From assembly GCA_943789275.1 (NCBI GenBank), contig CALSTM010000002.1, forward strand, positions 90,001 to 122,000: a stretch of DNA of 32,000 nt, given 5' to 3'. Source of the DNA: Candidatus Poseidoniaceae archaeon (GTDB lineage: Archaea; Thermoplasmatota; Poseidoniia; Poseidoniales; Poseidoniaceae). Numbering within the stretch: position 1 is the stretch's first letter; each line of letters starts with the position of its first letter. The position numbers and the translations under genes were made by a program. Under the pieces are notes generated by a model. That model worked only from the letters and a program-made list of their open reading frames with translations. It did no database searches and was not told where the DNA came from. Below are positions 1 through 14,207 of this stretch, piece by piece.

Positions 1-43
1 TATTCCTCCATACTCCACATCGTTTCTCATGGGTAGAAAATCA

Positions 44-4796
<4,753 letters not shown>

Positions 4797-4800
<4 letters not shown>

Positions 4801-7800
4801 CTTCGGTCCTCCAGTTCAAGACGCATGGCCACACCTAAACTCTTCATTTCGTCGAGGAGCAGCTTGAATGCGTAAGATGTTTGTACTTTGTACACTTCTG
4901 CGCCATCGCCGTGAATCGGGCTGACGTAAGTGCGTCGCTTTGGATCGTACCAAGCAATGTGACCGGATTGAGCACAGACGTACATGTCTATTCCGTCCGA
5001 TTCATCGAGCAGTCGGTCCTTGATGACCATTGATGCACCGTGTGCAATCAAACAATCACGTTCCATTTCACCGAATCGCAGACCACCTTGGCGGGCACGA
5101 CCTTCAGTTGGCTGTCGAGTGAGGATTTGAACACGGCCACGGGAACGGGCGTGAATCTTCGAGGACACCAAGTGGTGCAAGCGTTGGTAGTAGATACAGC
5201 CGATGAAAATATCAGCAGGATAAACTTCTCCAGTTTCACCGTTAATCATGGTTTCACGGCCGGTGTGAGCAAGTCCATTTCGAACAAGTCCATCACGTAG
5301 GCTGCCTTCCTTTTCTCCACGGAAAGCGGTCGCATCAATTCGGCGACCTTCCATCGAACCAACTTTACCACCAATCATTTCCAGAACGTGTGCAACGGTC
5401 ATTCGAGATGGGATAGCGTGCGGGTTGATGACCAAATCAGGGACGATTCCATCAGCAGTGAACGGCATGTCCTCAGGTTCAACAAGGCGTCCAATGACAC
5501 CTTTTTGACCGTGTCGAGATGCGAATTTATCGCCAACTTCCGGGACCTTGTGGCTTCGAACCATAACTCGGACCAAGCGGCCTGAGTCAAGGGATTCTGT
5601 AACGTAGACGTTGTCGACGTATCCCTTCTCACCGTGTCGGACGAGCATCGAGGATTCACGTCGTTCTTGTGCAAGAAGGAAAGCGCCACCAGCGGATTCT
5701 TCGAGGAAACGAGGTGGGCTGGTCTTACCGACCAATACATCTCCACCTTCGAGGTACATCTCTGGCAATGGCAATCCGTCCGCTTCGAGGTGTCGGTAGG
5801 CCTCTTCAGGTTTGAGACCCTTGACTTCTTGCAATGAGCTGCCAGGCTTTTCGATTTCTTCGACTTGACCACCAGGGAATCTACGGCGTTCTGCATTGTA
5901 GGTTCGGTTGAAGGTCGAACGTCCAAGAGCGCGGTCAACTGAGCCCTTGTTCATGATGACAGCGTCTTGCATGTTGTAGCCGTGAAGCGACATGATCGCA
6001 ACGATGAAGTTTTGCCCACCAGGACGGTCATCGAAGTGCGTCGATTCCATTGCTGCTGTTCGAGTAATGGAACGCTGTGTGTAGTGGAGAATGTGAGCCC
6101 GGGTATCGGGTCGCATTCTGTAGTTTGAACTTGGTAGACCAAGAGATTGCTTGACCATTGCTGTTCCGCCGGTAACACGAGGGGTAGAGTTGTGTTCAGG
6201 GTATGGAATCAATGAAGCACAGACACCCAAAACGAGTTGTGGGTCGATTTCACAGTGTGTGTATTCATCATCGTACAGCAGAGGCAGAGAAATATCAGCG
6301 GATTCCCAAGCACCGTTTGGCATTCGGACCTTGGCAACGAGTTTGGCTTCCGTTGCACCAGGTTCACCGAGGTTCACCCAATCAACGTTCTCGTTGGTCA
6401 ATGGGCGACCAGCGAAAGGACCGGAAGGAACTGTTTCAGGGAGGACAAACGGACGAGCGGCGATGAGAAGATCTTCTTCTTCTTCAGCATCGACCCATTC
6501 AACGACTCCATCGTTGACGAGGTCTTTGAACGTCATTTCCGAATCTCGAAGGGCTTGGAGGTGTTCTCCAGTCAAACGAGGTGCGCCATCGTAAAGGATG
6601 ACCAAAGGTCGTAGAATACGTCCCTTGTCGGTGTTGATGAAGATGTCCTTGTTTTCCTTGTCATGTCGAATCGAAACTTCAGCAGGGATCGTTCCACGTC
6701 GGCGTGCAGATTTGAAGTGGCGAACCAAGTTCTTTCCGTTCTTGTGAATACCGTAGATGTCACCGTTCACGTGGATTCGGTCACCGGAACTCCAATCTTC
6801 AAGTTCGCTGTTCACATCAAGTTCATCCAGTTGCTCACGAACTTCGACTTCGCTGATGTGTTCAGAGATGTCAATCATTTGAGCGGCGTTCTTGACCAGA
6901 CCACAGTTTTGTCCTTCTGGGGTTTCGTTTGGACACAAGCGGCCCCATTGAGTCGGGTGCAGGTCACGAGCTTCGAAGTGAGGTTGGCTTCGAACAAGTG
7001 GCGAGGTAACACGGCGCATGTGGGACAACGAAGCGAGGTAAGTTGTTCGGTCGAGCAGTTGGCTAACACCAGATCGTCCACCGACCCAGTTCCCGGTAGC
7101 CAGAGCGTGCATAATCTTGGACGTCAAAACGTCAGGTCGCAAGCAGGAAGTGATTTTCAGTTCTCGCTTGCGGTTGTGGTGGCGTTCAAGTTGGTACTTG
7201 AGGTCACGAGCAAGTTGACCGCTGGAAACGCGGAACAAGTCTTCAATCAAATCGCCGGCAAGACGAACACGCTTGTTTGCGTAGTGGTCCTTGTCGTTTG
7301 GTTCACGGTTGGTAAGCGCCATTTCGAGAACTTGACGAACGATTCGGCCGAGGAAAATAGCCTTCTTCTTACGGTCACCGGGCTGGTCTCCCAAGTGCGG
7401 AAGGAGTTCACGGTCAAGCAATTGGTTCACCCGTTGTTCACGGTATTCCTTTTGCTGGCCTGCTGCGAATTTCTTCTGCAACCATTCGTGAGCTTCATCA
7501 CGTGATTGAACAGCATACTCTTCGTTATCGTTGACTTCATTGAGGTTGGCAACGATGTACTTGAAGGTCTCAGTTGGTCCAGCAACTGTTTGGAACACTT
7601 CTTGATCGTTCTCGATACCGAGTGCACGCATGAGGAGAACAACTGGGATAGCGGTTGTTCCTGCAGTGCTGATCTTAACCATGAGCATTCCATCTCGGCG
7701 CTTTTCAACGTTGAGTGGTTTGCGCATACCGTCTTTCTGTGAGAAAATCTTTGCGACTTCTGTGCGCTTTGCGTATCGCTTATTGATTTCAACTGTTACA

Positions 7801-8408
7801 CGGTTCGGTGCAAGGTCTTCCATCGAGATGAGGACACGTTCTGTACCGTTGATGATGAAATAGCCTCCAGGGTCAAGAGGGTCTTCGCCTTTCTTTCGGA
7901 GCATGTCATCCCAAAGTGCGGAATCTTCGGTCGAAGTGGTTGGATAAAGTTGGCGCTCTCCAGCAATGTGCTTGGCGTGGAGATTACAGCGAGAAGAACG
8001 AACCATAATGGGCATGCTTCCGACTTGAACTCCAGCCTCAACAGGTGAAGGAACACCGTTGCGGGAAATCTGGAAGTCGATGGTCACCGGTGACATGTAA
8101 GTAAGCTTGCGCAGACGGCATTCCATTGGAGTGGATGGGTGTTCTGCACCGTTGGCTTCACGGATGGTTGGTTCACCGAGTTTGATGTTCTTCAAACGGA
8201 TGGTGATGTCATGGTCGACTACGTCGAGTTTGATGTAACCTCCAAGGTCATCATGAATTTCTTCATCGGTCCCAACACGGATGTTGCGAATGATTTTCTC
8301 CATACGGGAAATCGAGTTGTCTCCGGATGGGATACAATCGTCGTATGAAGCGAGTTGGTGGTTGACGAGGCTACGTTCTTTGAAAAATGATTGAATAATT
8401 TCTTGCAT
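4797..8408 (-). CDS. rpoB: DNA-directed RNA polymerase subunit B (unsplit, 1203 aa)
   Basis: Motifs GDKFASRHGQKG, ETPEGQNCGLVKN, GEMERDCLIAHGA and a C-terminal zinc-ribbon-like region. GAAGGTG Shine-Dalgarno-like motif in the 15-nt gap after rpoH. Confidence 0.97.
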
Positions 8409-8423
8409 AATTTACACCTTCCC

Positions 8424-9080
8424 TCAGTTACCCTCTACAATTAGTCGGTAGGCAACTGTTCTACCCGCAGATGGGGACTTGCGGATAACTTTCAGTACGC
8501 GGTCGGCGATCCAACCTGCAGCGAGTGGTTTGTGTTCAGGGTCTGCTGCAAGACGAGCGTTGTCTTGTGCTTCAGCAGTTTCCTTGATGACTTGAACGAC
8601 CGGGTCCGTAATGAGGATTTTCGGAAGCCATTCCTTGGCAAGTCGTGGCTCGCCGGTTTCGTCATCGGATTGAACCATTTCCCAAGGAGCGAGTTCTTCG
8701 CTCTCAATGGCAAATTGTTCTTCGACAGAGATGTTGGCGTCTCCAACCAGTTCCTGGTGAGGGACAAGGTCGTGGTTGAGTGCGTTGAAACGCATGGTGA
8801 TTTCAGGGCGATCGAAGTCATCGATAGCCTTTGCACGGATTGTGATTTTCTTGCTCTTTGATTTTGAGCGGCGACGGGAACCTTGTTCTGCGATAACAGA
8901 CATGGTGTTGGTGAATTGTTCTGAATCCTTAGAAACGCCAAGTGTGGATGCGACTTCATCAGAGGACATTGCCTTGATGTCGGTCATGTTTCGGTCTGTT
9001 GCTAATTTGTGTGCGAACTCTTCGGAGACTCCAAGCTCCATGAGTCGCTTCTTTGTTGCGCTTTTTACTACCATCCTCAT
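8424..9080 (-). CDS. rpoH: RNA polymerase subunit H (Rpo5) homolog, unusually long (218 aa): N-terminal ~100-aa module plus an RpoH core with insertions
   Basis: C-terminal half carries RpoH hallmarks: HDLVPHQELV, LPKILITDPVV and VLKVIRKSPSAGRTVAYRLIV. Sits directly upstream of rpoB. The start could be the ATG at 9080 or at 9074 (MRMVVKS vs MVVKS). Confidence 0.85.
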   Translation of the reverse strand: MRMVVKSATKKRLMELGVSEEFAHKLATDRNMTDIKAMSSDEVASTLGVSKDSEQFTNTMSVIAEQGSRRRSKSKSKKITIRAKAIDDFDRPEITMRFNALNHDLVPHQELVGDANISVEEQFAIESEELAPWEMVQSDDETGEPRLAKEWLPKILITDPVVQVIKETAEAQDNARLAADPEHKPLAAGWIADRVLKVIRKSPSAGRTVAYRLIVEGN

Positions 9081-9124
9081 ACCCCGCTCATGCCCAACTA
9101 CTCAGGCCTGTAAACCCAGTCAGG

Positions 9125-9198
9125 CGGGCCTGACGGGGTTCGAACCCGCGACCATCGGATTAAAAGTCCGACGCTCTACCTGACTGAGCTACAGGCCC
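9125..9198 (-). tRNA. tRNA-Lys (anticodon UUU), 74 nt including discriminator G; CCA not encoded
   Basis: Hand-folded cloverleaf on the minus strand: acceptor GGGCCTG/CAGGCCC, D arm GCTC-AGTCAGGTA-GAGC, anticodon arm TCGGA-CTTTTAA-TCCGA, variable TGGTC, T arm GCGGG-TTCGAAC-CCCGC. Confidence 0.9.
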
Positions 9199-9386
9199 AA
9201 AATAGCAACTTGGGCTTTTTGCCCGACTTACCAACTGTTCTTATAGGTTACGCAAACCATGTTTCGTCGAATCTGGCCGCATCGGAGGGCCAACAGTGCA
9301 TGATGAAACGCCTCAAAAATGAAGTTTACTGCCTGTGTTGCACGATTTGACAACCTCGGATAGGCCTAAATGCTGCCCGAGTCTGG

Positions 9387-10874
9387 GTGAAATTGAGGCA
9401 AATGGGAAACGAGGAAATCTTCGGCCCAAGGGATGCCGAACACGAAATTGGACGTTTTGAAAGGAAGGCGAAACAGGTGTTTTGGAAGACGCCGCAGAAC
9501 CGAGAAATCGACCTTCTCATTCCATCAACAGTTTACCCTCCTCGAGAAGACACAGATCTCATGGCACAAACCATCGCAAAACTACCAAAACCAGGCGCGA
9601 AACGCCTGCTCGAAATTGGATGTGGCTCTGGAGCAATTTCGGTTTTTGCCGCGCAACTTGGATTCACCGTTACCGCATGCGATATCAACCCATACGCAGT
9701 TGCTGCTAGCCGGCATGCTGCCGTAACAAACGGCGTCACATTCGAGGTTCGTGAAGGAGGTCCAGGCCCAACTAGAGACGGCACTGTCGAACAGTGGGCT
9801 GGAAGCAAACCGCATGACATCATCGTGTGGAACCTCCCCTATCTGGCCCATGACAGCGAATCTCAACTGTTGGGGCCCATGGAAGAAGCCGCCCTTCTCG
9901 ATACGGACCCGAAAGGTCTTGTTTCACGCCTACTCAAGCATCTTCAATCAAGTAAAATCCTCAGTGAAGACGGATTGGTTTTTTTACTCATTTCAAACAA
10001 TCAAAAAGGAAATATTGCCCGCAAGGAATGTTTAGCCAATGGATTTGCAGTTCGAGTTGTGGCCTCGGAAACATTCGAGGACGGGGAATGTTTGGAAGTG
10101 CTTGGCATCTGGAGACCCTATCACTCAAAGAGCATCAATTTCGTTGAAAGTATTCCATCAACCAACACGGCCTTGTTGCAATCTGACGATGACATCGGGA
10201 CTTTGCTCCATGCTGGAGTTCAATCATCAGGCCACGGTAGACGTGGACGCCCTTGGTCGCATGAAGAGCAAGCGTTTGCAGGCTCCTGGGTCCTCGATGA
10301 GATTCGAGGCGTTCCAAATCCAAACCAATTGCAATTGAGAGCAGGATTAGCCCTGCATCAGGCGATTGTCGCAATGGACATTCCGACCGAACTGGTCGCT
10401 CTCAAATGGCCAAACGATGTTTTACTTCGAATTGGGGGGGAAACGCGCAAAGTTGGAGGCGTGTTGATCGAAAGTCGTAGCCAAGGTAAAACCACCCGTA
10501 TTGTCCTCGGCATCGGATGCAACATGACAAGTAAAAACCACCACAAGAAGGAGTATTCGTTGGCCTCGATGGCTGAGTTATCAGAACATGCATCGACTGA
10601 AGAATTCCTCCCGATAATCCATGCATCGGTGGCCTCTTGGCTTGAAGATAAGGAAGGTATTGAGGCGGTAAGAAACGACAACGTTATTTCTCTTTTTGAA
10701 ACCCAATTTTTGGCAAGTATCTCCTCGCTCGGAGAACCTATCTATAGAAACTCTAAGATGCAATTTCACTCTATGAACTCCGACGGAAACATCCAACTTA
10801 TCGACCAAAATCAGCGCCTCCATCTGATCAACGATGGCGAGGATGTGGCATGGGCAAAGTTCCGACCGATTTAG
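9387..10874 (+). CDS. birA: Fusion protein: Mtq2/HemK-type SAM-dependent (glutamine-N5) methyltransferase domain + biotin--[acetyl-CoA-carboxylase] ligase (BirA) catalytic and C-terminal domains
   Basis: N-terminal half: YPPREDTDL, LLEIGCGSGAIS, DINPYAV, WNLPYL (an NPPY-type motif). C-terminal half from ~residue 245: IPSTNTAL, GRGRRGRPW, KWPNDVLL, GVLIE, GIGCNM. The ORF track start 9387 is GTG. The in-frame ATG at 9402 is preceded by GAGG and may be the true start. Confidence 0.85.
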   Translation: MKLRQMGNEEIFGPRDAEHEIGRFERKAKQVFWKTPQNREIDLLIPSTVYPPREDTDLMAQTIAKLPKPGAKRLLEIGCGSGAISVFAAQLGFTVTACDINPYAVAASRHAAVTNGVTFEVREGGPGPTRDGTVEQWAGSKPHDIIVWNLPYLAHDSESQLLGPMEEAALLDTDPKGLVSRLLKHLQSSKILSEDGLVFLLISNNQKGNIARKECLANGFAVRVVASETFEDGECLEVLGIWRPYHSKSINFVESIPSTNTALLQSDDDIGTLLHAGVQSSGHGRRGRPWSHEEQAFAGSWVLDEIRGVPNPNQLQLRAGLALHQAIVAMDIPTELVALKWPNDVLLRIGGETRKVGGVLIESRSQGKTTRIVLGIGCNMTSKNHHKKEYSLASMAELSEHASTEEFLPIIHASVASWLEDKEGIEAVRNDNVISLFETQFLASISSLGEPIYRNSKMQFHSMNSDGNIQLIDQNQRLHLINDGEDVAWAKFRPI

Positions 10875-11395
10875 TCGATATCTTCGAGAACTGCATCAAC
10901 CGATTCGCCCATTTTCTCATCCTTTCTTTTGTACAATCCAAAGACGAGACAAAGTGCTCCTATAGGATAGATGATGAAATCAATCAAAAGTTGACGGTCA
11001 ACATCGACGAAAACTTCACCTTCTCCTTTCGTAAAATCAACAGTGTAGGAATAGTATCCACTTCCTGCGGCTTCAAAATCAGCCGAATTCGAGTCGCCCG
11101 GCCCGAGAACCATCGATTCAGTGAAAACGGTGCCTTGGTCTTCGAACATAATTTCGATGAGAACGGTCGACTCATTGTCCGCATCAATTGTAAATTCCAG
11201 TGAATCACCTTTCAATAACGAGGCCCCGTTCGAATACGGTTCGCTTTCTTCGGTAACCGTTTCAGAAGATGCAAGCCCGTGGATAAACAACCCGCCGATT
11301 AAGAAGGTAACACCAAGAAGAATGAACAAATCACTCATCTTCATTGCAGGTGCAGCACCTCCTCCAGCCATGAGTGGGCGTGAGAGCGTAAACAA
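10871..11395 (-). CDS. Hypothetical bitopic membrane protein (N-terminal and C-terminal TM helices flanking an acidic extracytoplasmic domain)
   Basis: 174-aa ORF with hydrophobic segments LFILLGVTFLIGGLFIHGL and FIIYPIGALCLVFGLY. No recognisable family. The start may be the internal MKMSDL. Confidence 0.55.
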   Translation of the reverse strand: MFTLSRPLMAGGGAAPAMKMSDLFILLGVTFLIGGLFIHGLASSETVTEESEPYSNGASLLKGDSLEFTIDADNESTVLIEIMFEDQGTVFTESMVLGPGDSNSADFEAAGSGYYSYTVDFTKGEGEVFVDVDRQLLIDFIIYPIGALCLVFGLYKRKDEKMGESVDAVLEDID

Positions 11396-11410
11396 ATGAA
11401 TGTGGTGGTG

Positions 11411-11797
11411 TCATCGTTTTCTCGATGGCTTGGGCATACCCATGCGTTCACGAACCAGTCGGATTTTCCCACTGCTCGTGCAACTGCGAAGCAAGTTCAA
11501 GGCCATTGAATCTTCATCCTCGATGCACGCACGCAGGCGGGTGAACGCAGGATGGGGAACTTGTAGAACAGCGTAGCCCAGAGATTGTGCATCGCCGAGT
11601 GTCTGAGCGATTTGTTCAACTTCGGGCGATGATGACGGATAGAAATCCATCAACCGAATGTTTGAGTCGATACCAATCGAAGACCAAAGCGACTGCATAT
11701 GAACTTGCAACGATGAACGGTCCTCAAACTGAGCTGTGCATGCGATTCCAACCCATCGGCGTTTACCGCGCAATGCTTTGGACAAGCGCTTAGCCAT
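11411..11797 (-). CDS. RNase P protein component 2 (Pop5-like)
   Basis: Read from the internal ATG at 11797: MAKRLSKALRGKRRWVGI matches the Pop5 N-terminal L-x-x-LR-x-K(K/R)R(Y/W)-hydrophobic pattern. Size ~128 aa, with a basic C-terminus. The longer 165-aa ORF (to 11908) would overlap the divergent gene at 11882. Confidence 0.5.
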   Translation of the reverse strand: MAKRLSKALRGKRRWVGIACTAQFEDRSSLQVHMQSLWSSIGIDSNIRLMDFYPSSSPEVEQIAQTLGDAQSLGYAVLQVPHPAFTRLRACIEDEDSMALNLLRSCTSSGKIRLVRERMGMPKPSRKR

Positions 11798-11881
11798 AAC
11801 TGAGTGGAGGCGCACCACCTTCAATACCTTTGATGTCGAAAACGTGCATAGTATGAAAATAGAGAAACGGGAGGAGACGCC

Positions 11882-13243
11882 ATGCAGGGGGAGCCAGGTA
11901 CTGAGCATAAGGCCGACTCCTCTGAAGATATTTTGAAGGAACTCGCATCGAACGAGACATCGCTCCTCGCCCTCATCAAAACGCTCCTCTCGCCGAAGAC
12001 ATTACCTCATTTACTGATGATTGTGGTTCTTTCCACTGCCCTTTACTTTGTCGCGAATTCCAACAACGGAGAAGATATTGCTGCACTCGGATTCATCTCT
12101 CTTTCTTTAGGATACGTCATAACGGCAATTTTCTCGACCAATGAAAAGGTTCGTTCTTGGATTACCATTGCCCACGAACCGGATGTATCTCAATTCAATC
12201 TTGTTCAAAAAATTAAATCAAGCATCAAAATCTGCGCCTTCCCTATTTCAGTATCTGCAGGTATTGGCATACTCATCTTGGTTCTGTTCAGCCAAGACTC
12301 AGCGACTGACCTTCCAGCCGTATTCCCAATCAGTCTCGCCTCCTTATTTGTGATCTGGGCTGTCGCTCAAGGAAGGTCGTTTAGTTCATGGGCATCTTCG
12401 CTTTCAGCGAAAAAACTACCTGAGAAACAGGCCACAACTGGAAACTTAGCCGTCATGAATGCGATTCAATTTGCCATCATCATGGCTTTGTCGCTGGCAG
12501 GAATCATCGGTTTTGAGTTCCTCTACGAGAAAGAATGGGACTTGAGCAATGCAGTTGTTTCCAATATCTTGTTTTTGGTAATCGCATCTACAGCCTACGG
12601 ATTAACTGCGTTTTGGACAAGAGACGCCCGGCGTACAGCCATGCACGATAAGGCATTGAAAAAATTCTCTCGACGATGGACTCTTTTAGCACACATCTTC
12701 GCAACGTGGCACCTCTTGACCGTATGGCGTCAACTGGTGATGTCGCAACAAACCATCGAGATTTTTGTCGAAGAAGTTCTGTTAATGATGTTCACTGTAT
12801 TCATGGCGATTTGGACACTTACCTCGCAATCCATCGGCCCAAAATTCAAACTCCTTTCGACTGAAAACGCCCTGCCTTGGGGTCTGGCCTTCGGATATGC
12901 TTACGCAGGAAGCGTTGCTATGCTTGCGACTGCTCTGGACGACATCACCTACGTTATGGTCACCGGGCACATCATCGCGTTCCTCACCATCACATGGATG
13001 CAAAGGAGTGTTCTGCTCAAGGTGCTGTCCAAGCACGATATCGACGTCACTGTACAGCGACGCATCGAAGCGCATGCATCGAAAGTCGAGGCCTCAAAAC
13101 AGACCAATGAAGAATCTCAAACCGTTGAAACCGAAAACGATGATGCTTGGCAAGAGGACAAAGACGTACAGTGGAGCGGTGAAGTTGGCAATACCATTGG
13201 CGAAGATGTCGAATGGAACGAAGTCATCGAAATGGACGACTAG
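11882..13243 (+). CDS. Hypothetical polytopic membrane protein (~10 TM) with an acidic C-terminal tail
   Basis: 453-aa ORF with many hydrophobic helices. GGGAGGAG Shine-Dalgarno motif 5 nt upstream of the ATG. C-terminal ~60 aa rich in E/D/W. Confidence 0.7.
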   Translation: MQGEPGTEHKADSSEDILKELASNETSLLALIKTLLSPKTLPHLLMIVVLSTALYFVANSNNGEDIAALGFISLSLGYVITAIFSTNEKVRSWITIAHEPDVSQFNLVQKIKSSIKICAFPISVSAGIGILILVLFSQDSATDLPAVFPISLASLFVIWAVAQGRSFSSWASSLSAKKLPEKQATTGNLAVMNAIQFAIIMALSLAGIIGFEFLYEKEWDLSNAVVSNILFLVIASTAYGLTAFWTRDARRTAMHDKALKKFSRRWTLLAHIFATWHLLTVWRQLVMSQQTIEIFVEEVLLMMFTVFMAIWTLTSQSIGPKFKLLSTENALPWGLAFGYAYAGSVAMLATALDDITYVMVTGHIIAFLTITWMQRSVLLKVLSKHDIDVTVQRRIEAHASKVEASKQTNEESQTVETENDDAWQEDKDVQWSGEVGNTIGEDVEWNEVIEMDD

Positions 13244-14157
13244 GACTCGCCACGGATACCTGAAAGAAGCGTAACCACTCGAATGGTGTCCTCTAAATCT
13301 TCGCTGACTCGAGCACCGAGGATAACTTGAGCGTTCGGATCCAACGCTTCTGTGAACATGTTGGCAACTTCATCAACTTGCCCTATCGTCATACCAATAC
13401 CTCCTTCGACTTGTATCAAACATCCTTGAGCACCACCAACATCCAATTCAGCAAGGGGTGCCATGAGAGCAGAGTGCAGAATGCCCTCTGGGTCGTCAGG
13501 TCGTCCTGTGCCGACCAAAAGCGTCGCTTCTCCTTCCTTTTCCACAATAGCTCTCAAATCCATGAGGTCAAGATTGATGAGCCCCATTCGCATCAAGGTT
13601 CGTACCAAACCTTCGACTAAATCTTCGACCCATTCAGCACCCATTTGCCATGCTTTGCCCCGCTCTCGCGCCTGACGAGCCAGCCGTTCTAAGGAGAGTC
13701 GGACCGTCACATGAGCAATGTTTTCCAGTCGATGAAGGCCTTCTTGGGCGATTTGTGCACGGGTCTCTTGAACATCAAAAGGAAGGGCTGCAACGGCGAC
13801 AACAATCGCTCCAGATTGCCGTGCTTGGCGAGCAAACTCATGTGCCGCTCCTGTACCGGTTCCGCCGCCAAGTCCAGTCAGTAAAAGGACCAATTCAACC
13901 GGCTCAAGTACGGTCCGAGCAAGAGATGAATATCCCCGCATCCTTTGCTCAGCAAGCGGTGGAAGTGCCGCACAACCAACCGAGTCAAGGGCGTGACCAA
14001 GGCGCAAGAGGTGTGCAGAACCGCTGTCGGTGAAACTTGCGTCATCAGCGTCGACTAAGCAAAGATCGGCGTTGCCTTCACAACGTAAATGAGCGCCTTT
14101 CGCCCACGAACAGCCCAAGCCGCCCACACCAGCGATGAGGATTTGGGAGGCTTCCAT
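13240..14157 (-). CDS. Divergent FtsZ/tubulin-superfamily GTPase, 305 aa, lacking a C-terminal linker and tail
   Basis: Tubulin signature GLGGGTGTGAA. ALPFDVQE corresponds to FtsZ PFxFEG. T7-loop-like GLINLDLMDLRAIV conserves the N, D, D positions. The C-terminal domain pattern (GAQGCLIQVEGG...VILGARV...IRVVTLLSGI) is colinear with FtsZ. The G1 box is atypical (GVGGLGCSWA). Confidence 0.75.
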   Translation of the reverse strand: MEASQILIAGVGGLGCSWAKGAHLRCEGNADLCLVDADDASFTDSGSAHLLRLGHALDSVGCAALPPLAEQRMRGYSSLARTVLEPVELVLLLTGLGGGTGTGAAHEFARQARQSGAIVVAVAALPFDVQETRAQIAQEGLHRLENIAHVTVRLSLERLARQARERGKAWQMGAEWVEDLVEGLVRTLMRMGLINLDLMDLRAIVEKEGEATLLVGTGRPDDPEGILHSALMAPLAELDVGGAQGCLIQVEGGIGMTIGQVDEVANMFTEALDPNAQVILGARVSEDLEDTIRVVTLLSGIRGES

Positions 14158-14207
14158 GAACGAGCATTCAGCCGAACCTCAATGAACTTTGGCCGAGTTG
14201 AACGTGC

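Noticed and set aside
1-30. Possible start of the next minus-strand gene after rpoA2 (ATG at 30: MRNDVEYGGI...), which in archaea is often rpl30e/nusA.
   Set aside because: Only 10 codons are visible, too short to support any call.
9081-9386. tRNA-Lys as an integration hotspot flanking a genomic island or mobile element.
   Set aside because: I noticed no integrase, transposase or phage-like gene nearby, and no duplicated copy of the tRNA 3' half in the flanks. The neighbours are core genes (RNAP operon, birA fusion). A full repeat search was not possible by eye.
11798-11908. Extended 165-aa version of the Pop5-like ORF starting at 11908.
   Set aside because: The extra 37 residues are hydrophobic junk-like sequence. 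They would overlap the divergent gene starting at 11882 and its Shine-Dalgarno motif and promoter. The Pop5-like homology begins at the internal Met (11797).
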